Notes: a model not told the origin generated them from the sequence alone. Shown: positions 45,101 through 53,700, numbered from the stretch's first letter. The stretch: DNA of 64,000 bases from an uncultured delta proteobacterium (GCA_963778655.1 CAVZVA010000002.1:608001-672000); one strand, 5' to 3'. A program made the numbers and translations.

Positions 45101-45445
45101 TTGGACGTCGCCATAGGCCGACACCATGTCGCGGATGGCCTTCTTGGCGATCGCAATCTTGCTATCGTTGGGCAGGCCGTCGCAGTTGCGATCGATCCCC
45201 GCCGTGGTGCCGCAGCCGTAGAAGACTCCGCCCGAGACGAGCGCTGGCGGATCGCCGGAAAGCGCCGGTCGCCCCACCCCGTCCCCGTACGTGGTGTTGT
45301 TGCTCAGGTCCCACAGCATCGAGCCCGAGGTATCGACGCCGATTACGAAACGCGGCTTGACCTGGGCGTGAGCGACGGAACCTAAGCCGAAATAGAGCAG
45401 GAACAGACCAAGGCAAAGCTTCGCGGACAGACACCGTTCGTGCAT
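36179..45445 (-). CDS. Giant Cys-rich surface protein, 3088 aa: signal-vWA-about 14 MopE-type repeats-internal MYXO-CTERM-second signal-about 13 repeats-FGE-like domain-P-domain
   Basis: AHA/Q signal; DTSGS and VTDG MIDAS; repeats like EICNGLDDDCDGKIDE; GGGGCAC-hydrophobic-RRRR; HDLSGNLQEW, RGGSY, GFRCC; GDL..RL.SPAG, NGTWTMTVND. Confidence 0.92.
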   Translation of the reverse strand: MHERCLSAKLCLGLFLLYFGLGSVAHAQVKPRFVIGVDTSGSMLWDLSNNTTYGDGVGRPALSGDPPALVSGGVFYGCGTTAGIDRNCDGLPNDSKIAIAKKAIRDMVSAYGDVQWALAKFHQTASLNATCSTYNGTNACDSQSFGNPQCNSGTADNTGCVGAVPAACRPGAGSNADMRVSASGDFNGCINYAGGCNGADLIVDFPGRGAFTNIDNRPAILKWMDNVETNFDSSSTVGNFCNHATTGDCELRPNGSTPIGSLISTSGSYASTVRSGDSASACRQYSIIIVTDGAETCNSNPNQAAYNLAFPAAGGTCNPSALPSVAPDIKTYVVGISIVSSEQSSLNDIAACGGTTGAYFANSPTELAAALSSIVQGSIKFETCNGLDDDCDGKIDEDLPFGQPGTAAQPEALFCDGEAHRTAAQNTQVHARGVAPYSTIAQSTPIKQSVAPNVNPDQVVCGWVRDDCTRPGEDDDCDGAIDEDGALNSCGTCPGAVDVCDGVDNDCNGVIDDLNGNHQPFSACPTQCTADVPCGSNVGECKLGHYICDPVTHTLGTTCTGGTGPSPEICDEKDNDCNGIIDDPQVLSRTCSINPGYVVGGSSICQPGTQLCAKPSIGELTDAMGYHVDGSGNPVCVGQVLPDDRELCDAQDHDCNGNNYTCTQATCTVGPQPAFVGNPCGSGVGICVGTLQCNQSTNSLECNAPNPTTETCNNVDDNCDGQVDNNAVAGSDLGGVSGGPTNGFCGSETRTAGVCNPGAYQCTNGHWQCVGEHGPATEICNGMDDDCDGQIDEQVDVAANDPRIGQKCGTSVGECKPGLAVCSNGAITCTPVQGPVPEVCDGKDNDCDNLTDENLPDNNNDGTRDIVPCGSSTGLCRPGQQTCVALSGGGYGYQCIGGVGPVPEICDGQDNDCDGSTDECTGDPSSQAYMACQNDPLGALGAGGGEVCGNPVPPCHTGKTKCVANYDGMGHAGFICVGNIDGGPEICNLQDDDCDTKIDEDLDPQADPRLGQTCGQNNVGTCTDGNGNPCGACRLGKNQCVMGQIQCIGNVGPAPYEKCNNADDDCDNKIDECVDPSGTNCSDGMIDPNTPVGTPCGDNTGECKQGVNVCVNGALDCQNYVGPADEICDGKDNDCDTLIDENIPTGAPCGSNVGECQPGVLVCPAGGTGDLVCQGSVPPIDEVCDGLDNDCDGMVDEGLGLGEPCGSNVGECKQGKLACVGGRTVCSGEVGPQPESCDCLDNDCDGTTDEDTGNNPVCPAGSACVMCQCALPCAASTEFAAQCPNGKAPVDDNGNCYCVGAQCKDAECQGQTIMVNDEVQCAPKSDLVGSCFCKNNVCTFRCSGVTCDSGLVCDPTDGRCKQESCLLPQFRCPSDKTCSLSDNVWQCVDDPCSTAKCAADQVCRGGQCYASCATVTCSPDNRCQDGTCVADHCHGVACDTGNVCDPATGKCVLEGACVQSGCPDGQTCDQVKGNCVQDVCLATHCPYGQKCNSDTGQCELRCSGNLLFCDPSCVNPQTSRAHCGATTDCMGQNAGTACTGTQVCSLGKCSDTCANQLLNCGGECVDPHTDMRHCGAKDDCKDANAGETCQVGFNCVDSQCKSIAGSGNGTGEGAAAAGTRVVATGGGGCACSVGVGAKQNASGSRRGPLSVLLLALLLLALGRRRRSRLRTLASSGAWLALVLASATLLGSGCKVDTFCLDCPSSKKGKPTQDGGSIPNGKADGGGGQTGHDAGPGGNTGQPDGSVDGGDASTKKPDACMTVELCNGIDDDCDGKTDEDVDLAASNIDPNTDVNNCGGCGMACALEHAFNICSGGMCGIDKTKGDQGCDVGFHNLDGDDSNGCEYRCVKTADDDSLCDLVDNDCDGKVDENVDLQNDPQNCGRCSFRCSFAHAKDGAACVDAMCQLDDTKCDSGFANVDGKQPNGCEYRCPVQPATDEICNGLDDDCDGKTDEDVSNATDSRIGVACGNNVGVCKPGTVVCTGGVPTCTGGQGPSQEVCDGLDNNCDGQVDTDDPNLGLPCGDALPGSQCSKGTLQIPLAGCSGGVVTPLECRGGQGPVPEVCNGLDDDCDGQADEAENGVKPGEGQQCLNGANGVQIVTANPSQWTAATLCKTGSTVCESGNLVCRGEVAPEAVELCDDKDHDCDGNPLNGFSPDTTGGTTATSGPDTRVGKSCGIDTGECAFGVQTCHLDTKTLSCDNQVPPVPEECDGKDNDCDGLIDEHDKDASNQDIPLPSEGNACITNSDGSVNTNPPASASTGVCKTGTTVCVAGKIGCQGEVSPQAELCDSIDQDCDGNPTNGVAVTDPAVGKPCGPPNVGVCRTGTTVCSSGASPTVTCQGAMPSATYVPPAQTNTPEVACDGIDNDCDGATDEGSPAAYDGSTCCDLSGFSCCPGSSGTRQCKDGRIQCVYPNNAVFPVPEACGDVPGGNGADDDCDGKTDEGFDISTDVNNCGACGNKCQFNSGVTGNAVLVCQGGQCKIGACSTGYADENHDYHDGCETQCTVTGNEICDGKDNDCNGIVDDLTTIPSVVCVPNETGVCAASQAALNALVTYGPSCTNGVLGCNVQNAVNNSGGAIANYQATETLCDGKDNDCDGATDEMMQPPIGQPCSKGQGACMTTGSYVCDGGNPTSTASVCNAATPSAGSAETCDGKDNDCNGKIDDFGPPTPSNAVGNFDLVDLGASTGHTLVMAYEPSRPDASSTSAGARTAKACSVNNVLPWANVTWDEAEAACCALNTAAGVDPSTSPAGCDPAGQGWRLCDSSTWDYTCKHPDAITPASGSCTWGYSNASNAVCDHDPRVSTYQNACVGAEALNAGLVTCPSGVSECATVTGSSAFPECRAPWADGDVHDLSGNLQEWTNTAQGTNIYEIRGGSYNDLESGRTCDFNFTVGANTFRFPNTGFRCCWYPAVTTTCTNYVSTTTVNASGSTGDTSTTLSVSGASGTISSVQILDATGNHQAFGDLSFRLSSPAGTSVNLIPAGDCCVSSGNCTLNWAFDLSDSATNTVPNGTNTNPFCNNNTAPTGGSIANAYKPINPFTRFNGQSSNGTWTMTVNDNRNGPGSQNGGDRVQITGWTLRICTATSPAP

Positions 45446-45661
45446 GTACGGGCCCCTCGAAAGAGCCCCTCCGCGACCCGAGGAGGAGCGCCTAAACTAA
45501 TGACATCAGATGCGTCCTGAGTAAAGGTGCAGCGGTACGTTCCATATATGTGAGACCATACGACAATGTGCGTGTGTGGAGCCGCTCAGCGGAACTGCTG
45601 ATTCTCGTGTTATTTGGGGGGTTCCGCGCGATCGCCGAGTGCTCGGGCAGCGCTCGCGGCT

Positions 45662-48600
45662 TCAGCTCGGGGCCGCGCCGTCGCTCAGCTCGAGCCGCCG
45701 CATCATCTTCTGCAGGCCGAAGCGCGAGACGCCGAGCATGCGGGCCGCGCGCGACTGGTTGCCGGCGCAGGTCTGCAGCGCCTGCCGGATCAACTTGCGC
45801 TCGAGTTGATCGACCTGGCTGCGTAGATCGAGCGGGTTGCGGGCGGCAGCGGCCGGCTGCGCCAGCGAGGGCGACAGGTGCTCGGGCAGGATCACGTCGT
45901 CGGCGAGCACCAGCGCGCGCCTTATCTCGTTCTCGAGCTGTCGAATGTTGCCGGGCCACGGCTGGTGGGCGAGCGCCGCGAGCGTGCGGCGGTCGACCTT
46001 CACCGCGCGTCTCTTGGCGTGGATGTCGATGAAGTGCGCGACCAGCGGCGCCAGGTCTTCCGGACGCTCGCGCAGCGGCGGCAGCGCGAGCACCACGACC
46101 GCGAGCCGATAGTAGAGGTCCTCGCGGAACTGGCCCTGCTTGACCATCGCCTCGAGGTCACGGTGGGTCGCACACAGCACGCGCACGTCCACGTGCCGTA
46201 CCTGCTCGCCGCCGACCGGACGCACCTCCCCGTCCTGCAGCACGCGCAGCAGCCGCGCCTGCATCGCCGGCGACATCTCGCCGATCTCGTCGAGAAACAG
46301 CGTGCCACCGTCGGCCACCTCGAACAGCCCGAGCCGCCGCCGGTCGGCGCCGGTGAAGGCACCACGCACATGCCCGAACAGCGCGCTCTCCAGCAAGGTC
46401 TCGGGGATCGCACCGCAGTTCTCGCTCACGAAGGGCGCGTCGCGCCGCAGGCCCGCGGCGTGGACCGCGCGCGCGATCAGCTCCTTGCCGGTGCCGCTCT
46501 CGCCGCGGATCAACACCGGCACCGGCGAGCGCGCCACCTTGGGGATCAGCGCGAGCAGCGCGCGCATCGCGCGGCCGTGGCCGATGATGCCGGCGATCTC
46601 GCCGGGGTCCTGGCCGCGCTCGCGCCGCAGCGACTCGAGCTCCAGCGCCTGCACCTCCACCTTGCGCGCCAGCCGCGCGCGCAGCACGGTCAGGCGCCGT
46701 GCCGCGCGGCTCTCGGCCCGCAGCAGCCGCGCCGAGTCGAGCGCGATCGACGCCAGCTCCGACAGATCGCTCAGCAGCTGCAGCTCGACCTCGCCGAAGG
46801 CGAACGGCCGCAGCCGATCCTCCAGGTAGATCGCGCCCGCGACCGCGCCGCGGATGCGCAGCGGAACCGCCAGCACCGAGCGCAGCGAGAGCGCGTGGAC
46901 GCTGGCGGCGCCGGCTAGCTTCTCGTCGCTGGCCGCGTCGACCGTGGTCAGCGGGCGCCCGCTGCCGAGCACGCGCGCCACGATCGAGCGCGACAGCGAG
47001 GCTTCCCCCTCGGCCAGCTCGCGCCGATCGAGCCCGCGGCCGGCGCGCACGCGCGGGCGGCCGTCGTGGTCGTCGAGCACCAGGTAGCCGCGCTCCGCGC
47101 CCGCCAGCTCGATCGCCGCCTCGAGCACGATCTCGTACAGCCGCGGCAGGCGGCGCTCGGCGGCGAGCCGCTTGGCCACGGCCGCGAGCGCGCGCCAGCG
47201 TTCGTCGTAAGCCGCAGGCTGGGCGGCGCCGGTCTGTCCCGGCAGCGCCTCCAGCGCCGCGCGGTACGCGTCGACCGCGCGCAGGCGCGCGCGCTCCGCG
47301 GACGAAAGCCCGCGCGCGGCCTGGTCGAGCATGCTGCGCACCTCGGCCAGGCGCAGCGCAGCGATCGCGGGCTCGCCGCGCACGCGCGCCGCGCGCGCCG
47401 CGCACAGGGATGCGCGCAGCCGCGCATCGAAGCCACCTCCGCGCTGCGACAGCGCGTGCGCGCGCTCGGCCGCCCGCCCCGCCTCGTCGGCGCGGCCGCG
47501 CTCGAGCTCGAGCTGGCAGCGCGCGATCGCGTGCTCGATCTCGGCCGCATCGCTGCCGGCCGCCGCAGACGCGCGCTCCGCCTCGGCCAGGCTGTGCTCG
47601 GCCGCGGCGCGCTCGCCCAGCGCGAGCTGCAGCGCGCACAGGCGCGCGGCCACCACCGCCGCGGCCTCGCTCGGCAGGGCCTCGAGCGACAGCGGCTGCG
47701 CGAGCAACACGGCCACCGCCTTGCGCTCGCCCTGCCGCAGCCGCAGCTCGGCCTCGAGGCACAGCACGTAGGCCTGTGTGGTCGGGTCGCCGGCGCGCTG
47801 CGCGGCCTTGCGCGCGCGCTGCGCGGTCGAGAGCGCCAGCTCTTCCTGACCCACCAGCTGCGCGGCGTGACCGAGGTTGTAGAGCACGCGCCCGAGATCG
47901 GCGTCGCGGCCCAGCCGAGCCAGGCGGCGCGCCGACTCGCGCAGCGCGGCGATCGCCGGGCCCGGCTCGCCGCACTCCAGCCGCTGCACACCGACGTTGT
48001 GCAGAAAGGCGGCCGCGGCGTGCTGCTCGCCGGCGGCGTCCGCCAGCTCGAAGGCCGCGGCGTAGCGGCGGCCGGCGCCGTGCGCGTCGCCGTCGGCGCG
48101 CGCGAGCTGCGCCTGCAGCGCGAGCAGCCGCGCCTCGGCGCCGCGCCTGTGGGCTTGGCGCGCCCGCTCCAGCGCGGGGCCGAGCAGCGCGGCCGCGCGC
48201 TCGCGCTCGCCGCGGTGCAGCAGCACAAGCGCCTGTACCTCCAGCGCGCGCAGAGCCGCGGCCGGCGTGGTGGCGCGCGCGAGCGCGGCCTCGGCCAGGT
48301 CCCACGCACGCTCGAGCTCGCCGGCGTCGTAGCCGAGCCGCGCGAGCAACGCCTCGGCCTGTGCGGCCGCGCCCGCGGCCTCGCCGTCGGCAGCGCCGCG
48401 GCCAGCGGCAGCCAGCACGCGCGTGGCCAGCGCGTGCGCCAGCTCGCGGTCGCCGGCCAGGCGTGCCAGCTCGGCCCGCAGCACCAGCGCGTCCGACGAG
48501 AGCGCCGGCTCGAGCAGCGCGAGCGCCTCGGCGTAGCGGCCCTGCGCGCGCAGCGCGTCGGCCAACCCGACCCGCAAGCCTTCGCCCGCGCTCTCTTCGG

Positions 48601-50599
48601 CGCCCAACGCCGCCAAGCCCTCGCGCGCGCACAGCGCCGCCTGCTCGGGACGGCCCTGAGCCCGCAGCCGCCCGAGCTCGTCGCTGAACGCGCGACGCGC
48701 GGCCTCGCGCTCGCCGCGCGCCAGGCACAGATACGCGCGCGCCTTGCCATCGAGCTCCGCCTCCGGCAAACGCGCGGCCAGCTCGCGGGCGCGGGCGTGG
48801 GGCAGCGCGTCGCGCACCTGCGCGACCAGGTCCGCGCGCAGGCAAAGGCGCTCGAGCTGGCGGCTGCCCATGCCGGCGGCGAGCAGCGCGCGATAGGCCT
48901 CCGACAGCGTGGAGGCGGAGCCCAGCGCCGCCTGGGCCGCGGCGGGACCCAGCTCGCCGCCCGCGATCGCCAGCAGCTCCGCCAGCTCGCGCGCGGCTTC
49001 CGGCAGCCCCGCGCCATCGCCCGCGGGCGCGCTGCCGACCGCGCGCAGATTGGACGCGCGGCTCATGTCGGTCGACGCGGCCAGACCCTGCGCGAGCACG
49101 CGGCAGAGCCGACCGGACAGGCCGCCGCTCACCGCCATCGCCTCGCGCAACAGCGTGGCGCTCACGCGCATCCCGGGCAGCGCGTGCTCGAGCAAGTGCC
49201 GCAGGTCGCCTTCGGGCAGCGGCTCGAGCGCGACCTCGGCCGCGTGCGGCTGGGGCAACTCGCCGTCGCCGCCGAGCGGCTGCGCGAGCGGCCCCGCGCG
49301 ATCGCTGCGCTCGAGCACCAGCGCCAGCGATCGGCCCTCGACGTACGCGGCCCGCAAGGCGGCGGCCGCGTCGGCCGCGCCAACCGCATCGGCGTCGAGC
49401 ACGTGCAGCACGCTATCGGCGCCAAGCGGCCCCTCGGGCAAGCGCTCGCACGCGCGGTAAGTCGGCACGCTGGCACCCGCCTGCAGCCGCGCCAGCTGCA
49501 CACGCCGCACCGCCTCGCGCACCAGCCGCGAGCGGCCCGAGCCGCGCGGGCCGACCACCACGCAGAGGCCCGGCCGCGCGAGCGCTGCGGACAGCGCGTC
49601 GAGCGCCGCCGCGTGTCCGGTGAAGGGCAGCGCGCTGACCGCGAGCGCGCGCTCGGCGGCGCTCGGGGCGTCGTCGGCGCCGCCGCCGACGCTAGGCGAA
49701 AACGCCAGCCCCAGCGGCTCCGCGATCGCCGCTACGCGCGCGCTGAGCTCGGCCGCGCGCCCAAGGCGCGCCGCGGGATCGGGCTCGAGCAGCTCCTCGA
49801 TCAGGCGCCGCAACGGCAGCGGCACATGCTCTGGCAGCGGCTCGCGCGAGGACAGCGGCTTGAGCGCCTCGGCCAAGTGCTGGCTTGGGCTCGCGCTGCG
49901 CGCATCGCCCGCCGGCGCGCCGCGCAGCAGGCAGTAGAGCGTGGCGCCCAGCGCATACAGGTCGGCGGCCGGCCCGCGCTCGCCCCGCCACAGCTCCGGC
50001 GCCATGAACCCGGGCGTGCCCGCCGGCATACCGGCCGCGACGATCGACGCCGAAAGCCCGAGGTCGATCAGCTTGCAGCTGGCGCGGTCCTCGGAGACCA
50101 CGACGTTGTCGGGCTTGACGTCGCCGTGCACCAGGCCCTGGGCATGGAGCGCGCGCAGCGCGCGCGCGACGCCGTCGGCGACGGTCAGCGCGAGCCCGAG
50201 CAGCGCGTGCGGGTCGCGTTGCAGCTGGGCGGCCCAGGCGTCGGCCGGCCGGCCCGGCGCGAGCTCGCTGACCAGCGCCACCCCGCCCGCCGGCAGCTCG
50301 AAGCGCGTGCTCGGCCGCTCCACGCGCAGCAGCTCGAACACGCGCGCCAGATTGGGATGAGCGAGGCCGCTCAACACCCCGAGCTCCCAGCGCAGGCGCG
50401 CCTCCTGCTCGGGGGCGACCAGCTTGATCGCGCGCGGCGCATCGCCCGCCCGCACGTCCAGGGCCAACAGCACCCGGCCCGAGCTGCCGCGCCCCAGCTC
50501 CCGCTGCAGCGCATAGCGCCCGAGCAGCAGCTCGCCCTCCGCCCCTGCCAACTTTGTTGCCTCCGCGCTCACACCATGAGTCGTGTGATTATGCGGCAA
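45662..50599 (-). CDS. Ser/Thr kinase-degenerate NTPase-TPR-GAF-sigma54 activator-Fis HTH fusion
   Basis: LGRGSSG, HGDVKPDN, DLG, GTPGFMAPE; GPRGSGRS; GAF (SVLAVPL); GESGTGKE, GAFTGA, LFLDEIGEM, WPGNIRQL, GNQSRAARMLGVSR. Confidence 0.93.
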   Translation of the reverse strand: MPHNHTTHGVSAEATKLAGAEGELLLGRYALQRELGRGSSGRVLLALDVRAGDAPRAIKLVAPEQEARLRWELGVLSGLAHPNLARVFELLRVERPSTRFELPAGGVALVSELAPGRPADAWAAQLQRDPHALLGLALTVADGVARALRALHAQGLVHGDVKPDNVVVSEDRASCKLIDLGLSASIVAAGMPAGTPGFMAPELWRGERGPAADLYALGATLYCLLRGAPAGDARSASPSQHLAEALKPLSSREPLPEHVPLPLRRLIEELLEPDPAARLGRAAELSARVAAIAEPLGLAFSPSVGGGADDAPSAAERALAVSALPFTGHAAALDALSAALARPGLCVVVGPRGSGRSRLVREAVRRVQLARLQAGASVPTYRACERLPEGPLGADSVLHVLDADAVGAADAAAALRAAYVEGRSLALVLERSDRAGPLAQPLGGDGELPQPHAAEVALEPLPEGDLRHLLEHALPGMRVSATLLREAMAVSGGLSGRLCRVLAQGLAASTDMSRASNLRAVGSAPAGDGAGLPEAARELAELLAIAGGELGPAAAQAALGSASTLSEAYRALLAAGMGSRQLERLCLRADLVAQVRDALPHARARELAARLPEAELDGKARAYLCLARGEREAARRAFSDELGRLRAQGRPEQAALCAREGLAALGAEESAGEGLRVGLADALRAQGRYAEALALLEPALSSDALVLRAELARLAGDRELAHALATRVLAAAGRGAADGEAAGAAAQAEALLARLGYDAGELERAWDLAEAALARATTPAAALRALEVQALVLLHRGERERAAALLGPALERARQAHRRGAEARLLALQAQLARADGDAHGAGRRYAAAFELADAAGEQHAAAAFLHNVGVQRLECGEPGPAIAALRESARRLARLGRDADLGRVLYNLGHAAQLVGQEELALSTAQRARKAAQRAGDPTTQAYVLCLEAELRLRQGERKAVAVLLAQPLSLEALPSEAAAVVAARLCALQLALGERAAAEHSLAEAERASAAAGSDAAEIEHAIARCQLELERGRADEAGRAAERAHALSQRGGGFDARLRASLCAARAARVRGEPAIAALRLAEVRSMLDQAARGLSSAERARLRAVDAYRAALEALPGQTGAAQPAAYDERWRALAAVAKRLAAERRLPRLYEIVLEAAIELAGAERGYLVLDDHDGRPRVRAGRGLDRRELAEGEASLSRSIVARVLGSGRPLTTVDAASDEKLAGAASVHALSLRSVLAVPLRIRGAVAGAIYLEDRLRPFAFGEVELQLLSDLSELASIALDSARLLRAESRAARRLTVLRARLARKVEVQALELESLRRERGQDPGEIAGIIGHGRAMRALLALIPKVARSPVPVLIRGESGTGKELIARAVHAAGLRRDAPFVSENCGAIPETLLESALFGHVRGAFTGADRRRLGLFEVADGGTLFLDEIGEMSPAMQARLLRVLQDGEVRPVGGEQVRHVDVRVLCATHRDLEAMVKQGQFREDLYYRLAVVVLALPPLRERPEDLAPLVAHFIDIHAKRRAVKVDRRTLAALAHQPWPGNIRQLENEIRRALVLADDVILPEHLSPSLAQPAAAARNPLDLRSQVDQLERKLIRQALQTCAGNQSRAARMLGVSRFGLQKMMRRLELSDGAAPS

Positions 50600-50681
50600 T
50601 TTTCATGACCAGCCAACTGGGTTGGATGGGGACAAGCACGAGGATGCCCCAGGGCGCGGGCGCGGTGAGGGCGACCGGGGG

Positions 50682-51857
50682 TCAGTAGAGCAGGAACGGC
50701 TTGCGCTGCTCGGCGAAGCTGGCCGCGGCCCGGGCGTCCTCGGCGAGCAAGTCGTCGAGGTCGCCGCCCTGCTGCAGCAGCTGGCGGTACTCGGGACCGC
50801 CGGTGAGCAGGTCGATGGCGGGGCGGTCGGTGACGAACTCGTAGGGCTCGGTGCGGAACGCGAATGCTGGACCGCACAGGGCACGCACCGCCGCGATCAG
50901 GCGCAGGTACGCCTGGTAGGGCGCGAAGCGCTCGGGCTCGGTGACGTGGAGCTGCACGCCGCCGCAGGCCTTGCCCGCGTGCTTGTGAAACGCGGGGCTG
51001 AAGCGCAGCGGCCGCAGCTGCGCGCCCTCGAGCGGCAGCTTTCGCGCGAGCTCGCCGCCGTCGAGCCATGGCGCCCCGAAGATCTCGAACGGCCGCGTGG
51101 TGCCGCGACCCTCGGAGAGGTTGGTGCCCTCGAGCAGGCAGCCCCCCGGATAAACCTCCGCGGTATCGAGCGTCGGCATGTTGGGCGAGGGCAGCACCCA
51201 AGGCAGGCCGGTCTCGGCGAAGCGTAGCGCGCGGCTGTACCCGCGCATCGGCACCACGCTCAGAGACTCGGAATCGAGGGCGTCCTGCGCGCAGGCCAAG
51301 CGACACAGCTCCGCGATCGTCATGCCGTGGCGCACCGCGACCGCGTGCAAGCCGACGAAGCTCAGGTAGCCGGGCCGCTGCGGGCCGCCCTCCACGCGCA
51401 GCCCGCCCAGGGGATTGGGACGATCGAGCACGATCGTCTCGATTCCGAGGGGCGCCACGCGCCGCAACACACACACGGCGCTCCATACGAAGGTGTAGTA
51501 GCGGCTGCCGACGTCCTGCAGGTCGACCACAATCGCGTCGAGGCCCTGCAGCTGCTCCGCGCTCGGGTACAGGCTGTCCTCGCTCTGGCCGTACAGCGAG
51601 ACCACGCGCGGACCGCGCGCCTCGCGCCCGGACGCGACCGCGATCATGTCCTGCGCTTCGCCGCCGTAGCCGTGCTCGGGTCCGAACAGCACGCGCACGT
51701 CGCAGCCGGCATCGAGCAGCACCCGGTGCGCGTGGCGCAGCCCGCGATCCACGCTCGCCGGGTGCGCGAGCAGGCCCAGCCGCCGCCCGCGCAGCCGGCC
51801 GAGGACCTCGGCATCGCCCTGCGCGATCCGCTCGAGCCCGGTCTCAACCGCGGGCAT
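50682..51857 (-). CDS. DUF1343 / NamZ-like exo-beta-N-acetylmuramidase
   Basis: LFGPEHG, DLQDVGSRYYT, DRPNP, PSPNMP, SEGRGTTRPFE. Confidence 0.92.
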   Translation of the reverse strand: MPAVETGLERIAQGDAEVLGRLRGRRLGLLAHPASVDRGLRHAHRVLLDAGCDVRVLFGPEHGYGGEAQDMIAVASGREARGPRVVSLYGQSEDSLYPSAEQLQGLDAIVVDLQDVGSRYYTFVWSAVCVLRRVAPLGIETIVLDRPNPLGGLRVEGGPQRPGYLSFVGLHAVAVRHGMTIAELCRLACAQDALDSESLSVVPMRGYSRALRFAETGLPWVLPSPNMPTLDTAEVYPGGCLLEGTNLSEGRGTTRPFEIFGAPWLDGGELARKLPLEGAQLRPLRFSPAFHKHAGKACGGVQLHVTEPERFAPYQAYLRLIAAVRALCGPAFAFRTEPYEFVTDRPAIDLLTGGPEYRQLLQQGGDLDDLLAEDARAAASFAEQRKPFLLY

Positions 51858-51886
51858 GCTAGCTGCCAGCCTTCCGGACCGGATCG

Positions 51887-51975
51887 CAGGAAGACGCGAA
51901 GACGGGAACGACTTGGGGATGATAAAGAGGGATCTGCGTCTGCCCCTCCGATCTTCCCGTCTTCCCGCCTTCCTG
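51887..51975. repeat. Intergenic inverted repeat, REP-like family copy 1
   Basis: CAGGAAGACGCGAAGACGGGAA ... TTCCCGTCTTCCCGCCTTCCTG, 22-bp arms, 2 mismatches. Confidence 0.8.
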
Positions 51976-52001
51976 TTTCATGTTCCTCGTCCGCGCCAGG
52001 G

Positions 52002-52967
52002 TCAGCCCGCGCCGCGCGCGGCTTGTACGGCGGTCTTGGCCCCGACTTCCTTGGCGAGCAGGTAGAGCACAGCCATGCGCACGGCCACACCGGCCTCGAC
52101 CTGATCGAGGATCAAGCTGCGCTCGCTGTCGGCGAGCGCGGAGTGGATCTCCACCCCGCGGTTCATCGGCCCGGGGTGCATCACGATCGCGCGCGGGCCG
52201 GCGAGCGCGAGGTGCCGTTGCGACACCCCGTAATAGCGGCTGTACTCGCGCAGGCTGGGCAGGAATGGGCCCTCCAGCCGCTCGCGCTGGATGCGCAGCA
52301 GCATGATCACGTCGACGCCGCGCAGCGCATCCTCGAGGCGATGGAACACCTTGGCCCCCAGCGCGGCGGCTTGCGCGGGCATCAGGGTATGGGGCGCGCA
52401 GAAGCGCACCTCCGACCCGAACAGGTTCAGCAGCGTGGCGTTGGAGCGCGCCACGCGCGAGTGCGCGATGTCGCCGCAGATCGCCACCTTCAGACCCTTG
52501 AGCGTGCCGAATGCGCGCCGGATCGCGAAGGCGTCGAGCAGCGCCTGGGTCGGATGCTCGTGCGCGCCATCACCGCCGTTGACCACGCTGCAGCCGACTC
52601 GCTTGGCCACGAATTCGGGCGCGCCCGAGGCGGGGTGGCGGATGACGACGATGTCGGGCTGCATGGCGGCCACCGTCTTGCAGGTGTCCAACAACGACTC
52701 GCCCTTGGAGACGCTGGAGCCGGAGCTCGAGATATTGACCACGTCGGCGGACAGGCGCTTGCCGGCCAGCTCGAACGAGGTGCGGGTGCGGGTGGAGGCC
52801 TCGAAGAACAGGTTGATCACGGTCTTGCCGCGCAGCGTGGGCACCTTGCGCACCGGCCGGCGCGACACTTCGATGAAGGCCTCGGCCGCATCCAGCACCT
52901 GACCGACGTCCTCGGCATCGAGCTGAGAGATCGCGAGCAGGTGATCGTGGCGGAAGCCTTCGCTCAC
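52002..52967 (-). CDS. pyrB: Aspartate carbamoyltransferase catalytic subunit
   Basis: [41 protein letters not shown]. Confidence 0.98.
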   Translation of the reverse strand: MSEGFRHDHLLAISQLDAEDVGQVLDAAEAFIEVSRRPVRKVPTLRGKTVINLFFEASTRTRTSFELAGKRLSADVVNISSSGSSVSKGESLLDTCKTVAAMQPDIVVIRHPASGAPEFVAKRVGCSVVNGGDGAHEHPTQALLDAFAIRRAFGTLKGLKVAICGDIAHSRVARSNATLLNLFGSEVRFCAPHTLMPAQAAALGAKVFHRLEDALRGVDVIMLLRIQRERLEGPFLPSLREYSRYYGVSQRHLALAGPRAIVMHPGPMNRGVEIHSALADSERSLILDQVEAGVAVRMAVLYLLAKEVGAKTAVQAARGAG

Positions 52968-53527
52968 GACCCGGCCCCTTCCGCCGTGCTCGGCTCGCGC
53001 CGGATCAGCGCCCGGTCGTCGGGGCCGCCGTCGGCGCGCACGTCGAGCACGTAGCCCTCCTCGACCTCGAGCACGCGACCCACGAAGTCGGGCGCGATCG
53101 GCAGCTCGCGTCCGCTGCGGTCACACAGCACCGCGAGCCAGATGCGGCGCGGCCGGCCGTAGTCGAGCAGGCAGTCGATCGCGGCGCGTACCGTGCGACC
53201 TGTGTGCAGCACGTCGTCGACCAGCACCACGTCCCAGCCGCCGACCTGGAAGTCGATCTCGCTCGGGCCGATCTTGGGGTCGGGGGTCAGGCTGGCGGCG
53301 TCGTCGCGGTAGAGCGTGATGTCGATCGCGCCCACCGGCACCGTGCGCTGCTCGGCGGCCTTGATCTCCGCGGCGATGCGCGCGGCGATCGGCACGCCGC
53401 CCCGGCGCACGCCAACCAGGCCGAGGCGGTGGGTTCCGCGCGTGCGTTCCACGATCTCGAGCGCCACACGGCGGATCGAGCGCGCGATGGCCTCCGCGTC
53501 CAGAACCGTGTGCTCGTCGGCCGCCAC
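52964..53527 (-). CDS. pyrR: Pyrimidine regulator / uracil phosphoribosyltransferase
   Basis: [30 protein letters not shown]. Confidence 0.96.
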   Translation of the reverse strand: MAADEHTVLDAEAIARSIRRVALEIVERTRGTHRLGLVGVRRGGVPIAARIAAEIKAAEQRTVPVGAIDITLYRDDAASLTPDPKIGPSEIDFQVGGWDVVLVDDVLHTGRTVRAAIDCLLDYGRPRRIWLAVLCDRSGRELPIAPDFVGRVLEVEEGYVLDVRADGGPDDRALIRREPSTAEGAGS

Positions 53528-53597
53528 CGCAGGCGATCTACGCCCGCCCGCTCGGGGCGGTCAAGCAACTCGGATCGCCCGGGACCCTCCGAATTCG

Positions 53598-53662
53598 CAG
53601 GCAGACGGGAAGGCGAGCAGCACCGATCTATTTCGCTCTCTTCCCCTCTTCCCGGCTTCCTG
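53598..53662. repeat. Intergenic inverted repeat, REP-like family copy 2
   Basis: CAGGCAGACGGGAAGGCGAG ... CTTCCCCTCTTCCCGGCTTCCTG. Confidence 0.7.
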
Positions 53663-53700
53663 TTGACTCGCGGAAGGGGCGCGCGCCTCGGGACGGGGGC

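Noticed and set aside
36179..45445. Nucleotide repeats as a second CRISPR or mobile repeat
   Set aside because: They are in-frame coding repeats with synonymous variation
45446..45661. Sigma54 promoter
   Set aside because: No convincing -24/-12 consensus by eye
47066..50608. 1180-aa + strand ORF and other long antisense or off-frame ORFs (e.g. 25573-27852, 42533-44614, 58320-60368)
   Set aside because: Shadow frames of high-GC genes; Arg/Ala-rich with no motifs
53528..53700. PyrR attenuator RNA
   Set aside because: No recognisable PyrR-binding loop; the hairpin belongs to the dispersed repeat family
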